The position numbers were made by a program, and so were the translations under genes. Below, piece by piece: positions 17,654-27,774 of a stretch of DNA of 45,936 nucleotides (positions within the stretch are counted from its first letter, which is position 1; the number at the start of each line of letters is the position of its first letter). Location: positions 1-45,936 of the forward strand of contig CAZEBC010000011.1 in NCBI GenBank assembly GCA_964510165.1, given 5' to 3'. The DNA comes from an uncultured bacterium. GTDB taxonomy: Bacteria; Abyssobacteria; SURF-5. Under the pieces are notes generated by a model that was given only the letters and a program-made list of their open reading frames with translations, was not told the DNA's origin and did no database searches.

Positions 17654-19799
17654 ATGAATCTCAGCCAGCTCATAGGGTTTATCGGTCATTTCATGGGGGC
17701 GGTCCTGCAACTGATCCTCATCATGATGATGGCCCGGCGCAAGGACAAGCGGCACAGCGAGACGCTGTTTTTCGTGCTGGTGGTTGTCGTCTTCATATGG
17801 CATTCCGGAAATTTCGTCATCACGTTTTCAAGATTGCTGACCGGTGAGCGGATCGTCATCGTCGGCCTGATATGGGATACGGCTGCGGCATTGAGCATCG
17901 GACTTGTGCCCGCATTGCTCATACATACGCTTCTCGCTTTCCTCGAGGAGGCGCCGCAGAACATCTATTCGAGGCGCAGGCATCTGGTGCTCTTGGCGGC
18001 ATACGCGCCTCTTCCGTTCTTCTGGCAGGCGCCGATCAGGCTCGTTCAGCATCCCGAACTCCCGCGCGCCGAGAACCTGCTGCTGGTCATTCAGATGTTT
18101 CAATACTGGACCATGGCGGCATTGGCCGTGGCGACGCACATGTGCCACACGCTTTCGAGTCTCTCACAAGACGACGTGCAGCGCCGGTTTTATATGTCGC
18201 TTGTGAGGATGTTTGCGGTCATCTTCGGGCTGATGGTGTTTACGCACCTGTTCTACGCCAAATATATTCCCGGCCTGGGGACCTACTTTCTCGCGGCCTG
18301 CTCGCTTGCGCCGATGTTTCCCACGATAGTGTTCTCATACTTCATTCTGCGTTATAACTACATGGAATACGTGCTCAAGAGGAGCATCTATTACGCGCTG
18401 CTTGCGACATTCGTGTTGACCGTTTACATTCTCGGCATTCGCCGCGTCGGTGATTTCCTGGAGCGCACACTCGATATTGACTTCAGGATAATCGAGGCGA
18501 TATTGGTCATAGGATTGTTTCTCCTTATTGATCCGTTGCGTGAGTGGTTCACGCGGGTGTTCAACGCCCTGTTCTTCCGGGAACAGTCATATTACCGACG
18601 CGTGTTCTCGGAACTCAGCCATCACATGAGTTCCATGCAGGGGATCGAGGTCGGCAGGATGCTGCGCTATGTCGCAGGAAGCGTTCAGGCTGCCATGCAA
18701 CTGAGCAACTGCAGGATCGTCCTTTTCCGGGAGGAAGACGGTCAGCGCACGATTGACGAGGCCTCAGCGGAGATTCCACTCGCAAACCTGGAGAATATCG
18801 CGCGGCACTTTCAGACGATACACGCTCACAGCATCTCGCTGTGGCAGGCGCCCGATCCGGCCATTGTTCGCGAGATGAAGGCGATCGACGCCACGCTGGT
18901 GCTTCCCATCTATCGGGATGGCGGCTTGACCGGCATCATGTCGCTCGGCGCGAGCACGCAGTATCGCGAGCTTTATGAGGACGAGATCGAGCTGCTCTCG
19001 ATATTGCTCAATCACCTCATAACCGCCATTGACAACACGCGTCTGTTGCAGGACAAAATCGAGATGGAGCGCCGCATGGCCGCCAATGAGAAATGGATGA
19101 CCATCGGGAGGCTGTCGGGCCAAATTGCGCACGAGGTGAAGAACCCGCTGAGTTCCATCAAGGCGATAACCCATGTCATGCGAGAGGAATTATCGCCTGA
19201 AACCCAGTTCTACAAGGACCTTTCCATCGTCGAGGACGAGATAGACAAGCTCTCCGGCGTGGTGAGCCAGTTGTTGCAGGTGTCGCGGCCGGCGTCGCGC
19301 GAAGAGCATTCCGCCAACCTTCGCGACATCATCGAGAACGTCGCCAGCGTGCTTCGCGCGAAAGCCTTGCAGGACGACATTTCGATCGAGTGTCAATATG
19401 AGCACGGCCTGCCGACAGTCAAGGCCGACCCTATCGCGCTGCGCGAGATTGTGTTCAACCTGATGCATAATGGCATGCAGTCGATGAGTTCGGGCGGGAG
19501 GCTCTCGGTTCAAGTGATGCGCTCAGCCGAAGACGACAGGCGCTCCGTGACCATCGTGGTGCACGACACCGGCCCGGGCATCTCGGAGGAAGACATGCCT
19601 AGGATTTTCGAGCCGTTCTACACCACAAAGGAAGGCGGCAGCGGGCTTGGACTCTGGATCGTCCGCGAAAAGCTGACGGACCTCGGCGGCACGATTTCCG
19701 TCGAAAGCAATCAAGGGACCACCGTGCGAGTGATGATCCCCCTTGAAGGCAAACCCGCCATGATGCGGCCAAATTCATCACAACCACAGGAGACAGGGA

Positions 19800-19807
<8 letters not shown>
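17654..19807 (+). CDS. Membrane-bound sensor histidine kinase (multi-TM N-terminus, GAF-like domain, HisKA, HATPase)
   Basis: AHEVKNPL H-box, N-box NLMHN, DTGPGI, FEPFYTTK and GSGLGL. Confidence 0.93.
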
Positions 19808-21200
<1,393 letters not shown>

Positions 21201-21228
21201 GACCTGAACCTGATGAGAGGGGAACCCT

Positions 21229-21666
21229 ATGGTTGAGAAGTCAGTGATCGGCAAGACTACCGCGGTTCACAAGATGGAGGTGGAGAAGGGGCATATACGC
21301 CGATTCGCCCAGGCAATCGGCGACGATAATCCACTCTATCATGACGAGGAATACGCGAGGAAGAGCCGATACGGCGGCATTGTTGCACCTCCCACTTTTC
21401 CGACAGTCTTCGGTTTCGAGGGCCAACGCGTGCTTGAAGGCCTCGAGATCAATCGCGCGCGCCTGCTGCACGGCGAGCAGGAGTACGAGTATTTCAGGCC
21501 GATTATGGCAGGTGACACGATCAGTTTCAGCACGAAGGTCATAGACGTGGATGTGAAGGAAGGCAAGAGCGGCGTCATGGATATCATCAGGACGGAGATG
21601 ACCGGCTACAACCAGCGAGCCGAAAAGGTGTTCGCCGCGCGCTCGACCGTTGTCATACGCAGATAG
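21229..21666 (+). CDS. MaoC-like dehydratase, N-terminal-type (FAS1-like hotdog) subunit
   Basis: IRRFA-x-AIGD-x-NP, APPTF and LLHGEQ motifs. Confidence 0.88.
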   Translation: MVEKSVIGKTTAVHKMEVEKGHIRRFAQAIGDDNPLYHDEEYARKSRYGGIVAPPTFPTVFGFEGQRVLEGLEINRARLLHGEQEYEYFRPIMAGDTISFSTKVIDVDVKEGKSGVMDIIRTEMTGYNQRAEKVFAARSTVVIRR

Positions 21667-21677
21667 GAGTGGATACC

Positions 21678-22118
21678 ATGTCCAAACAAACACTCTATTT
21701 CGATGACATCAACGTAGGCGACGAGATCCCAAGCCTGACGAAACCGCCAATCACCGAGGTGCAGCTCGTCAAGTATGCGGGCGCCTCGGGGGACTTCAAT
21801 CCCATCCACACGGTTCATCATTACGCCGAGAAAGCCGGCCTTGGCGGCGTTATCGCTCATGGGATGCTGAGCATGGGATTCGTGGGCGAGCACATCACCA
21901 AATGGATAGGGGAGACGGGCGACCTGAAGCGTCTTAAGGTTCGCTTTGCCGCCATCACGAGGCCGGGCGATGTGATCACTCTCAAGGGAAAGGTTATCCG
22001 AAAAGAGAAGTCCGACGGCGACAACCTGGTCTTCTGCGAGGTATGGGCCGAAAAGCAGGACGGCGTGAAGACCGTCACGGGCGAGGCGACTGTCAGGCTC
22101 TTGTCGCGCCAATCTTGA
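21678..22118 (+). CDS. MaoC-family (R)-specific enoyl-CoA hydratase/dehydratase, catalytic subunit
   Basis: YAGASGDFNPIH and IAHGM hydratase-2 motif; AGGAG SD. Confidence 0.9.
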   Translation: MSKQTLYFDDINVGDEIPSLTKPPITEVQLVKYAGASGDFNPIHTVHHYAEKAGLGGVIAHGMLSMGFVGEHITKWIGETGDLKRLKVRFAAITRPGDVITLKGKVIRKEKSDGDNLVFCEVWAEKQDGVKTVTGEATVRLLSRQS

Positions 22119-22152
22119 GAGAGATCCACACAAACAATCAGCGAGAAACCTC

Positions 22153-22530
22153 ATGAAAAGAACGAAAGGGCAAGTGGAAGAGGACATCTGCAAAGCGCTC
22201 ATCAAGTTTGAAAAAGACTACATGGGCCGGGGACCGCTCGAAGCAAAGGCCTATGTCATTGATGACATGATTCTTGTGCGTCTCAGAAAAGTACTTACCC
22301 AGGCTGAACTTAACCTTGCCCAGTCGGGCGAAAACTCTAAGGGTCGCGAACTCATAAAACAGATGCGGGTCGAGTTGCTGGAAAGGGGCCGCCCTCTCCT
22401 TGAGGCTGCCATCCAGGCCATCACCCGCAGAAACGTGGTCAGCCTCCATACGGATATAAGCACGGTCACGGGCGAAAGGATATTCATCTTCACCCTTGAC
22501 GGCGAACCCGAATTCACCGGTTCCGAATAG
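22153..22530 (+). CDS. DUF2294 / MpsC-family protein
   Basis: TKGQ-x-E, GRGP, LT-x-AE, GR-x-LIK-x-MR and HTDIS-x2-TGE-x4-FTL signature of DUF2294. Confidence 0.85.
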   Translation: MKRTKGQVEEDICKALIKFEKDYMGRGPLEAKAYVIDDMILVRLRKVLTQAELNLAQSGENSKGRELIKQMRVELLERGRPLLEAAIQAITRRNVVSLHTDISTVTGERIFIFTLDGEPEFTGSE

Positions 22531-22548
22531 GTTCTCAATCATACGGAC

Positions 22549-22577
22549 TTGACGACAGCGCCATAATATGTCATAGT
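22549..22577 (+). promoter_or_regulatory. sigma70 promoter driving the structured leader and the biotin carboxylase
   Basis: TTGACG-N17-CATAGT with extended -10 TG. Confidence 0.6.
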
Positions 22578-22592
22578 ACTTAAACTAATGAG

Positions 22593-22691
22593 TGCAGGCC
22601 CGGAGCTGAGGGCGAGGTCATTCGCCATCAGCCTGAGTCTGGAAGTGCGGATTCAAGTCTGGCCGGGCTCCCCGAAGGGGGTGCGGCTGCG
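22593..22691 (+). ncRNA. Candidate cis-regulatory structured RNA (riboswitch-like aptamer; no family I recognise)
   Basis: Five nested or adjacent stems folded by hand, immediately followed by a terminator that has an overlapping antiterminator. Confidence 0.6.
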
Positions 22692-22699
22692 GAAATGAA

Positions 22700-22740
22700 A
22701 GCCGAAGAGTCAATATGTGATTCTTCGGCTGTTTTCTTTA
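22700..22740 (+). terminator. Intrinsic terminator/attenuator in the biotin carboxylase leader
   Basis: 13-bp stem AGCCGAAGAGTCA/TGATTCTTCGGCT followed by GTTTTCTTT. Confidence 0.8.
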
Positions 22741-22777
22741 TGGCCATGTGGGGAACGACGGTTCCCGGAGGTCATTG

Positions 22778-24418
22778 ATGCATGGGACTTGCTTGAGCAA
22801 AGTGCTTGTCGCTAACAGGGGTGAGATAGCCATACGCATAATACGCGCCTGTCAGGAATTGGGAATAGAGACGGTGGCGATTTATTCAGACGACGACCGC
22901 AAATCGTTCTATTACCGGATCGCTGACGAAGCCATTCACATCGAGGGTTCCGGCGCTCGCGATACCTACCTGAATATTGACAAAGTAGTACATGTCGCGA
23001 AGAAGACCGGATGCGACGGGGTGCATCCAGGTTACGGTTTCCTGGCTGAAAACCCCGATTTCGTGAGTGCGTGCGAAGCGGCCGACCTCCATTTCATTGG
23101 ACCGTCCAGCGCCTGTATGAAGAAGGTGGGCGATAAGGCCGGGCTGAAACGGATAATGGAAGCCGGCGGCGTCCCGGTCCTGCCTTCGGTCGAAAACAGC
23201 GCTACTCCCGACGAAATGAAGACCCTGGTCAAGCGCATCGGATTCCCCGTGATCGTCAAGCCCTCCTTTGGCGGAGGCGGAAAGGGCATGAGAATAGCCC
23301 ACTCCGAGAACGAGCTTGAGGATGCCATTCGATACGCCAGAACAATTGGAATCTCGGCTTTCGGGAACGCGGCCTTCTATGTTGAGAAGTTGTTGGAACG
23401 GCCCCGGCACATCGAGGTGCAGATACTTGTGGACCGTAATGGGAGCATCGCCGCCTTCGGAGAGCGGGAATGTTCGATCCAGAGAAATCATCAGAAGCTG
23501 ATCGAGGAATCCCCCTCATCCGCAATTACTCAGGAATTGAGGGAAGAGGCCCAAGACCTTGCTCGAAAGGCCGCCGCCATTGTCGGCTATGAGAACGCGG
23601 GTACCATCGAGTTCCTGTATCAGGACGGACGCTTCTACTTCCTCGAAATCAACGCCCGAATCCAGGTCGAGCACTCCATCACGGAGCTTGTCACCGGAAT
23701 TGACCTCATCAAGGAGCAAATCAGCCTGATGTGCGGGAATCCGCTGCCCTTTGCCGGCAAGCAGCTATCTCCCCGGGGATGGGCGATCCAGTGCAGGGTC
23801 AACGCTGAGGACCCCTACAACAACTTCACCCCCTGCCCCGGCAAGATTATTGGCTATCGCTCTCCCGGCGGGCTGGGAGTCAGGGTGGACACCGGAGTAT
23901 TCATGGGTTACTCGATACCCGCGCAATACGACTCACTGGTGTCCAAATTGTCGGTCTGGGGCCGAGACCGACACGAAGCATTGTCCAGAATGAGGAGGGT
24001 CCTCAATGAATACGTCATCCTGGGCGTAAAGACCACTCTGCCCCTCTACAGGGCGATATTCAGGGAGAAGGACTTCGTCTCGGGAAACTATGACACCCGT
24101 TACATCGAAAAACATCTCGACGCGCTCCTCAAATCCATGGAGGAAATACAAAGGAGAGAGAAAACTCACGATGAAATGCTGGCGGCCGTCTTCAATGGGT
24201 TGACCCAGGAGCGCCGTCCTGGCAACCGCCACGCCGAGCCTTCAAGACCTTCTCGAGACCAGGAGTTGGCCGTCGTGATAGGCGCCGCCATCGCCCTGGC
24301 GACTGACTCCGTGGCAGCAACGCCCGAAAGCAACGGCCGCCCAAGTCAATGGCGTACGGCCGGGCGACTTGCCCAGATGACCAGTCGGCTCGGAAGCGGC
24401 CTGCGATACTTGACATGA
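22778..24418 (+). CDS. Biotin carboxylase subunit (AccC / two-subunit pyruvate carboxylase alpha-like) with C-terminal extension
   Basis: ANRGEIA, HPGYGFLAEN, GGGGKGM, ERECSIQR, RIQVEH, NAEDP and YDS motifs; GGAGG SD before ATG 22778; no biotinyl (AMKM) domain. Confidence 0.92.
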   Translation: MHGTCLSKVLVANRGEIAIRIIRACQELGIETVAIYSDDDRKSFYYRIADEAIHIEGSGARDTYLNIDKVVHVAKKTGCDGVHPGYGFLAENPDFVSACEAADLHFIGPSSACMKKVGDKAGLKRIMEAGGVPVLPSVENSATPDEMKTLVKRIGFPVIVKPSFGGGGKGMRIAHSENELEDAIRYARTIGISAFGNAAFYVEKLLERPRHIEVQILVDRNGSIAAFGERECSIQRNHQKLIEESPSSAITQELREEAQDLARKAAAIVGYENAGTIEFLYQDGRFYFLEINARIQVEHSITELVTGIDLIKEQISLMCGNPLPFAGKQLSPRGWAIQCRVNAEDPYNNFTPCPGKIIGYRSPGGLGVRVDTGVFMGYSIPAQYDSLVSKLSVWGRDRHEALSRMRRVLNEYVILGVKTTLPLYRAIFREKDFVSGNYDTRYIEKHLDALLKSMEEIQRREKTHDEMLAAVFNGLTQERRPGNRHAEPSRPSRDQELAVVIGAAIALATDSVAATPESNGRPSQWRTAGRLAQMTSRLGSGLRYLT

Positions 24419-24427
24419 AAAGCTCGA

Positions 24428-25693
24428 TCATGCGCGCCGTTCATCGGCCAGCGCCACCGAGATGATCCGCACGATCCACATCGCGAAAATCACCATCACT
24501 GTGGATTGATACGCAATGAGCGGATAGTCACCGTCGGCCCGCGGGAACATCTCTACCATGTGCCCCATCAGTTGGGTGAAGGCCGCTCCGCCGAGAAATG
24601 TGAAGAAGTTGATGATTCCCACGGCTATCCCGAGAATTTCATAGGAATACGATTCGCGCACCATCGCGTGTGTCAGTACCCCGCCGCCACCCGTAACCCC
24701 AGCGATGAACAGCAGCCCGGAAACTGCCGATTCGGGTATGCTGAGCGGGATGAACGCAGGAAAGAACCATACGGCCGTCGCGATAATCGAACTGCCAACG
24801 AGAATCCGCTTGCGCGACTTGAAAAGGCGGTCAGACAAGAATCCCCAAAACGGAGCCCCGCACACGCCCCCGAGCGAGTACCAGAGCAGCGCGTTGCCCA
24901 CTTGCACCAGCGAGAAGTTGTAGCTCCTGCTCAGAAACGGGCCTCCCCACAGGCTCTGGAACCCCTGCACGGAACTTCCCGCAATCATGAAGATTACGAG
25001 CATTATGTAGCTGCGGTTACGCATGAGCGCCCATATCGTAAGCGCTATCTCGCGGAACTTCTCGCCAGGCGTTTCCTTTACCACAGCTTCAACCACTGTC
25101 TTCGGGTCTCCCTCGTCGGGCGCGTTTTGCACGCGGTAACGCACAAGCGTAATTAATCCGACCGCGGCCCCGGCCACTACTACATAGGTGGCGCGCCACC
25201 CCATCAGTTTCACCGAAAGCGCCAGTGGTGTGGTTGCCAGCATATTGCCGATCATACCCAGCGACATCAGCACTCCGAGCACCGTGCCGAACTCGTCTTT
25301 CTCGAACCAGTTGCTCAGTATCTTGATAAGTGAAAGATATATGAAAGATATACCAGCCCCTATGAGCACGCGGCCGAGCAGCGCGGTCCCGAAGCCCGGC
25401 GCCGCCGCGAACACCACCGAACCCGCCGCCGAAAAAACAAGGGAAAGAATGATTGTGCGCCGGGGACCGAGCTGATCGGCGAATACGCCCGAAGGCAGTT
25501 GCATGAAGGCGTAACAATACAAGAGTATTCCGCCCAGGAGACCGAGCTGAGCCGGTTCCAGGCCGAACTCGCCCGCAAGAAGGTCCCCAATGACGGCCAG
25601 TGTTACGCGATGGAAACTGACAAAGCAGTACACCAGCGCCAGTGAGGAGAACAGCGCCAGCCTGCGGCTCGTAAATTTTGAAAAAACGTGCAT
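24428..25693 (-). CDS. MFS transporter
   Basis: About 12 hydrophobic segments; motif A-like SGVFADQLGPRR and GFLSDRLFKSRK. Confidence 0.9.
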   Translation of the reverse strand: MHVFSKFTSRRLALFSSLALVYCFVSFHRVTLAVIGDLLAGEFGLEPAQLGLLGGILLYCYAFMQLPSGVFADQLGPRRTIILSLVFSAAGSVVFAAAPGFGTALLGRVLIGAGISFIYLSLIKILSNWFEKDEFGTVLGVLMSLGMIGNMLATTPLALSVKLMGWRATYVVVAGAAVGLITLVRYRVQNAPDEGDPKTVVEAVVKETPGEKFREIALTIWALMRNRSYIMLVIFMIAGSSVQGFQSLWGGPFLSRSYNFSLVQVGNALLWYSLGGVCGAPFWGFLSDRLFKSRKRILVGSSIIATAVWFFPAFIPLSIPESAVSGLLFIAGVTGGGGVLTHAMVRESYSYEILGIAVGIINFFTFLGGAAFTQLMGHMVEMFPRADGDYPLIAYQSTVMVIFAMWIVRIISVALADERRA

Positions 25694-25741
25694 GAATGAA
25701 GGAGATGGGCTGGGAGATTCCTAAAGCTCGGACTACCACGT

Positions 25742-25771
25742 ATTATAGGGGGAGCGCTTCCCACAAGTCAA
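25742..25771 (-). promoter_or_regulatory. sigma70 promoter of the MFS gene
   Basis: Minus strand TTGACT-N18-TATAAT. Confidence 0.55.
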
Positions 25772-25847
25772 ACGCCGGTGCACCCGCCGTACCTTCACAA
25801 TGGCATGCCCCACCGGCCGCAGTGGTATAATAGTAAGAGAAGCTGAA

Positions 25848-25969
25848 TCTAACGGTTCAAGGCGAGACGCGGAGATAAACGGGACAGCGTCAGGGGACGT
25901 GCGAATTCTTTCGCACCGGCAAGAGTGGTCTCCGCGTTTCGTCTTGATACTCCTGAACATTGTGTTAGA
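25848..25969 (+). ncRNA. Candidate structured 5' leader or small RNA
   Basis: 20-bp stem with three G-U pairs (25857-25876/25928-25947), inner 7-bp hairpin and outer TCTAAC/GTTAGA; lies downstream of TGgTATAAT (25823-25831). Confidence 0.4.
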
Positions 25970-25993
25970 CTTTTCATAGAAAGGGAGAAAGTT

Positions 25994-26593
25994 GTGCCGA
26001 AAGTGCTTGCCATTGCGTCGAGTCCGCGAAGGGGCGGAAACTCCGAACTTCTTCTGGACGCATGTCTGGAGGGAGTGAGGGAAACGGGAACTGACATTGA
26101 AAAGATTCAAGTTTGCGAACTGAGGGTATCGCCGTGTCTGAATTGCGGCGGGTGTCAGGAAACGGGTGTATGCGTCATAGACGACGACATGCAGGCGCTT
26201 CACAGGAAATTCGCCGAGCGGGAAATCCTGATTGTCTCCTCACCGGTCTTCTTCATGGGGTTGCCCGCGCAGCTCAAGGCCCTGGTTGACAGATGTCAGG
26301 CCATTTGGGTCCGCAAGTACCTGCTCAAACGGCGCATGCCGAATCTTGACCTCCGCCGCGCTCTGTTCATTCAGGTCGGCGGAATGAAGCCCGCGAAGGT
26401 ATTCGAAGGAGGCTTAAAAACGATAACCGCGTTCTTCGCCACGCTCGACTACAAGTTCCACGGCAAGCTTCTCCTAAACGATATTGACGCGAAAGGGGCG
26501 GTTCGCTCCCATCCAACCGCGCTTGGTGAAGCCCGAAGGCTTGGCTTGGAGATTATGACTGCCACATCGTCATCCGTGCGAAACGAAAGATAA
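25994..26593 (+). CDS. Flavodoxin-fold iron-sulfur flavoprotein (Isf-like / NADPH-dependent FMN reductase)
   Basis: SPR-x2-GNS, C-x2-C-x2-C-x5-C (CLNCGGCQETGVC), DDM, SPVF and LK-x2-VDR; GGGAG SD with GTG start. Confidence 0.88.
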   Translation: MPKVLAIASSPRRGGNSELLLDACLEGVRETGTDIEKIQVCELRVSPCLNCGGCQETGVCVIDDDMQALHRKFAEREILIVSSPVFFMGLPAQLKALVDRCQAIWVRKYLLKRRMPNLDLRRALFIQVGGMKPAKVFEGGLKTITAFFATLDYKFHGKLLLNDIDAKGAVRSHPTALGEARRLGLEIMTATSSSVRNER

Positions 26594-26616
26594 CCAGGTG
26601 AGTGCGAGGAAATGCC

Positions 26617-27651
26617 ATGGACAAAAGAAAAGTTCGGGAGACGGAAAAGAAGGTCGAGCGGCTCCTCAAGGTATTGTCGGATAAGAAAAAGATATTGATC
26701 ATATCGCACGACAACCCTGATCCCGACACCCTTGCGAGCGCGTTCGCGCTGCGCGACCTCATCTTGAAAAAACTGGATGCGGAGGTTATCATCGGGTTTA
26801 CGGGCATCATCGGAAGGGCTGAGAACAGGGCCATGATCCGGTATCTCAATATCCCGCTTAAGCGCTTGGATGATCTCGACGTCTCGGCGTACGATACCAC
26901 CGTGCTCGTGGACAGCCAGCCGCACACCGGAAAGATAGGTCTGCCGGAGGGGATCAAGCCTGACGTGGTCATTGACCATCATCCGGTCCATCCCGAATCC
27001 CGCAAGATTGAATATCACGATATCCAGAGCCGGATAGGGTCCACCTCCACAATCATCACACAATACTACATTGCCGAGGGAATGGAAATGGATTCGCGCC
27101 TGGCAACGGCCCTGCTATACGGCATCAAGTCCGACACGCGCGACCTGGGCCGCGAGACGAGCAAGCACGACCTCGAAGCCTACCTCTACCTGTATCCTCG
27201 CGCGAACCTGAGACTGCTCTCAAAGATAGAGTACGCGGAAGTCCCGAAGGAATATTTCAAGGTCTATGAGCGGGCCATAGAGAACGCCGTTACCTTCGAC
27301 GGCGTCGTCACAAGCTTTCTCGGCGCTATCGACAATCCTGACATGGTGGCCGAGATGGCGGACATGCTCGTCAGGCTTGAGAACACGCAGTGCGCGCTTG
27401 TGGGTGGCTATTTTGGGGACCACGTTTATATTTCGGTCCGCACGAGAGATTCCGACGTGAATGCCGGCAAGCTGGTGCAGCGCGTCGTCGGAAAGCTCGG
27501 TCCCGCCGGGGGGCACGGCAGCATGTCGGCCGCAAGGATAAAGATGAAGTCCATGTCGGACACCGAGAAGAGCAATATCGAAAAGCTGATAGTCCGCCAG
27601 CTCAAGCGCGCCATGAAAATCAAGAAAGCAAGAGCAAGGAAGCTCACCTGA
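26617..27651 (+). CDS. DHH-family phosphoesterase (NrnA/cyclic-dinucleotide PDE-like)
   Basis: HDNPDPD, VD, IDHH, GIKSDT and GGH motifs. Confidence 0.9.
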   Translation: MDKRKVRETEKKVERLLKVLSDKKKILIISHDNPDPDTLASAFALRDLILKKLDAEVIIGFTGIIGRAENRAMIRYLNIPLKRLDDLDVSAYDTTVLVDSQPHTGKIGLPEGIKPDVVIDHHPVHPESRKIEYHDIQSRIGSTSTIITQYYIAEGMEMDSRLATALLYGIKSDTRDLGRETSKHDLEAYLYLYPRANLRLLSKIEYAEVPKEYFKVYERAIENAVTFDGVVTSFLGAIDNPDMVAEMADMLVRLENTQCALVGGYFGDHVYISVRTRDSDVNAGKLVQRVVGKLGPAGGHGSMSAARIKMKSMSDTEKSNIEKLIVRQLKRAMKIKKARARKLT

Positions 27652-27680
27652 GGCGGGCGCCTCCTCCCTGCGCCTGCCTC
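27650..27680 (+). terminator. GC-rich hairpin after the DHH gene (possible terminator or stabiliser)
   Basis: 11-bp stem GAGGCGGGCGC/GCGCCTGCCTC; no clear U tract. Confidence 0.35.
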
Positions 27681-27736
27681 TCAAGCGACTCAGCGCCTCA
27701 TTTCTCCCGCAATAGCCGCATCTTTCTCTCTTCCAC

Positions 27737-27765
27737 TTGACAGACACTTGTCAGTCTGCTATCTT
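27737..27765 (+). promoter_or_regulatory. TetR promoter with an overlapping operator-like inverted repeat
   Basis: TTGACA-N17-TATCTT with TG extension; CAGAC-N8-GTCTG and TGACA-N6-TGTCA lie across the -35 and spacer. Confidence 0.6.
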
Positions 27766-27774
27766 GCTACCTTG

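Noticed and set aside
22611-22640. Resemblance of GGCGA...TTCGCCA to the fluoride (crcB) riboswitch
   Set aside because: Lacks the GGCGAUG start and the downstream (U)AAUGA/pseudoknot segment; the hairpin is embedded in a larger, different fold
25848-25969. Possible 6S or SRP RNA
   Set aside because: No SRP GGAA tetraloop/AGCAG motif, and the apical stem is too short for 6S architecture; kept only as an unassigned structured RNA
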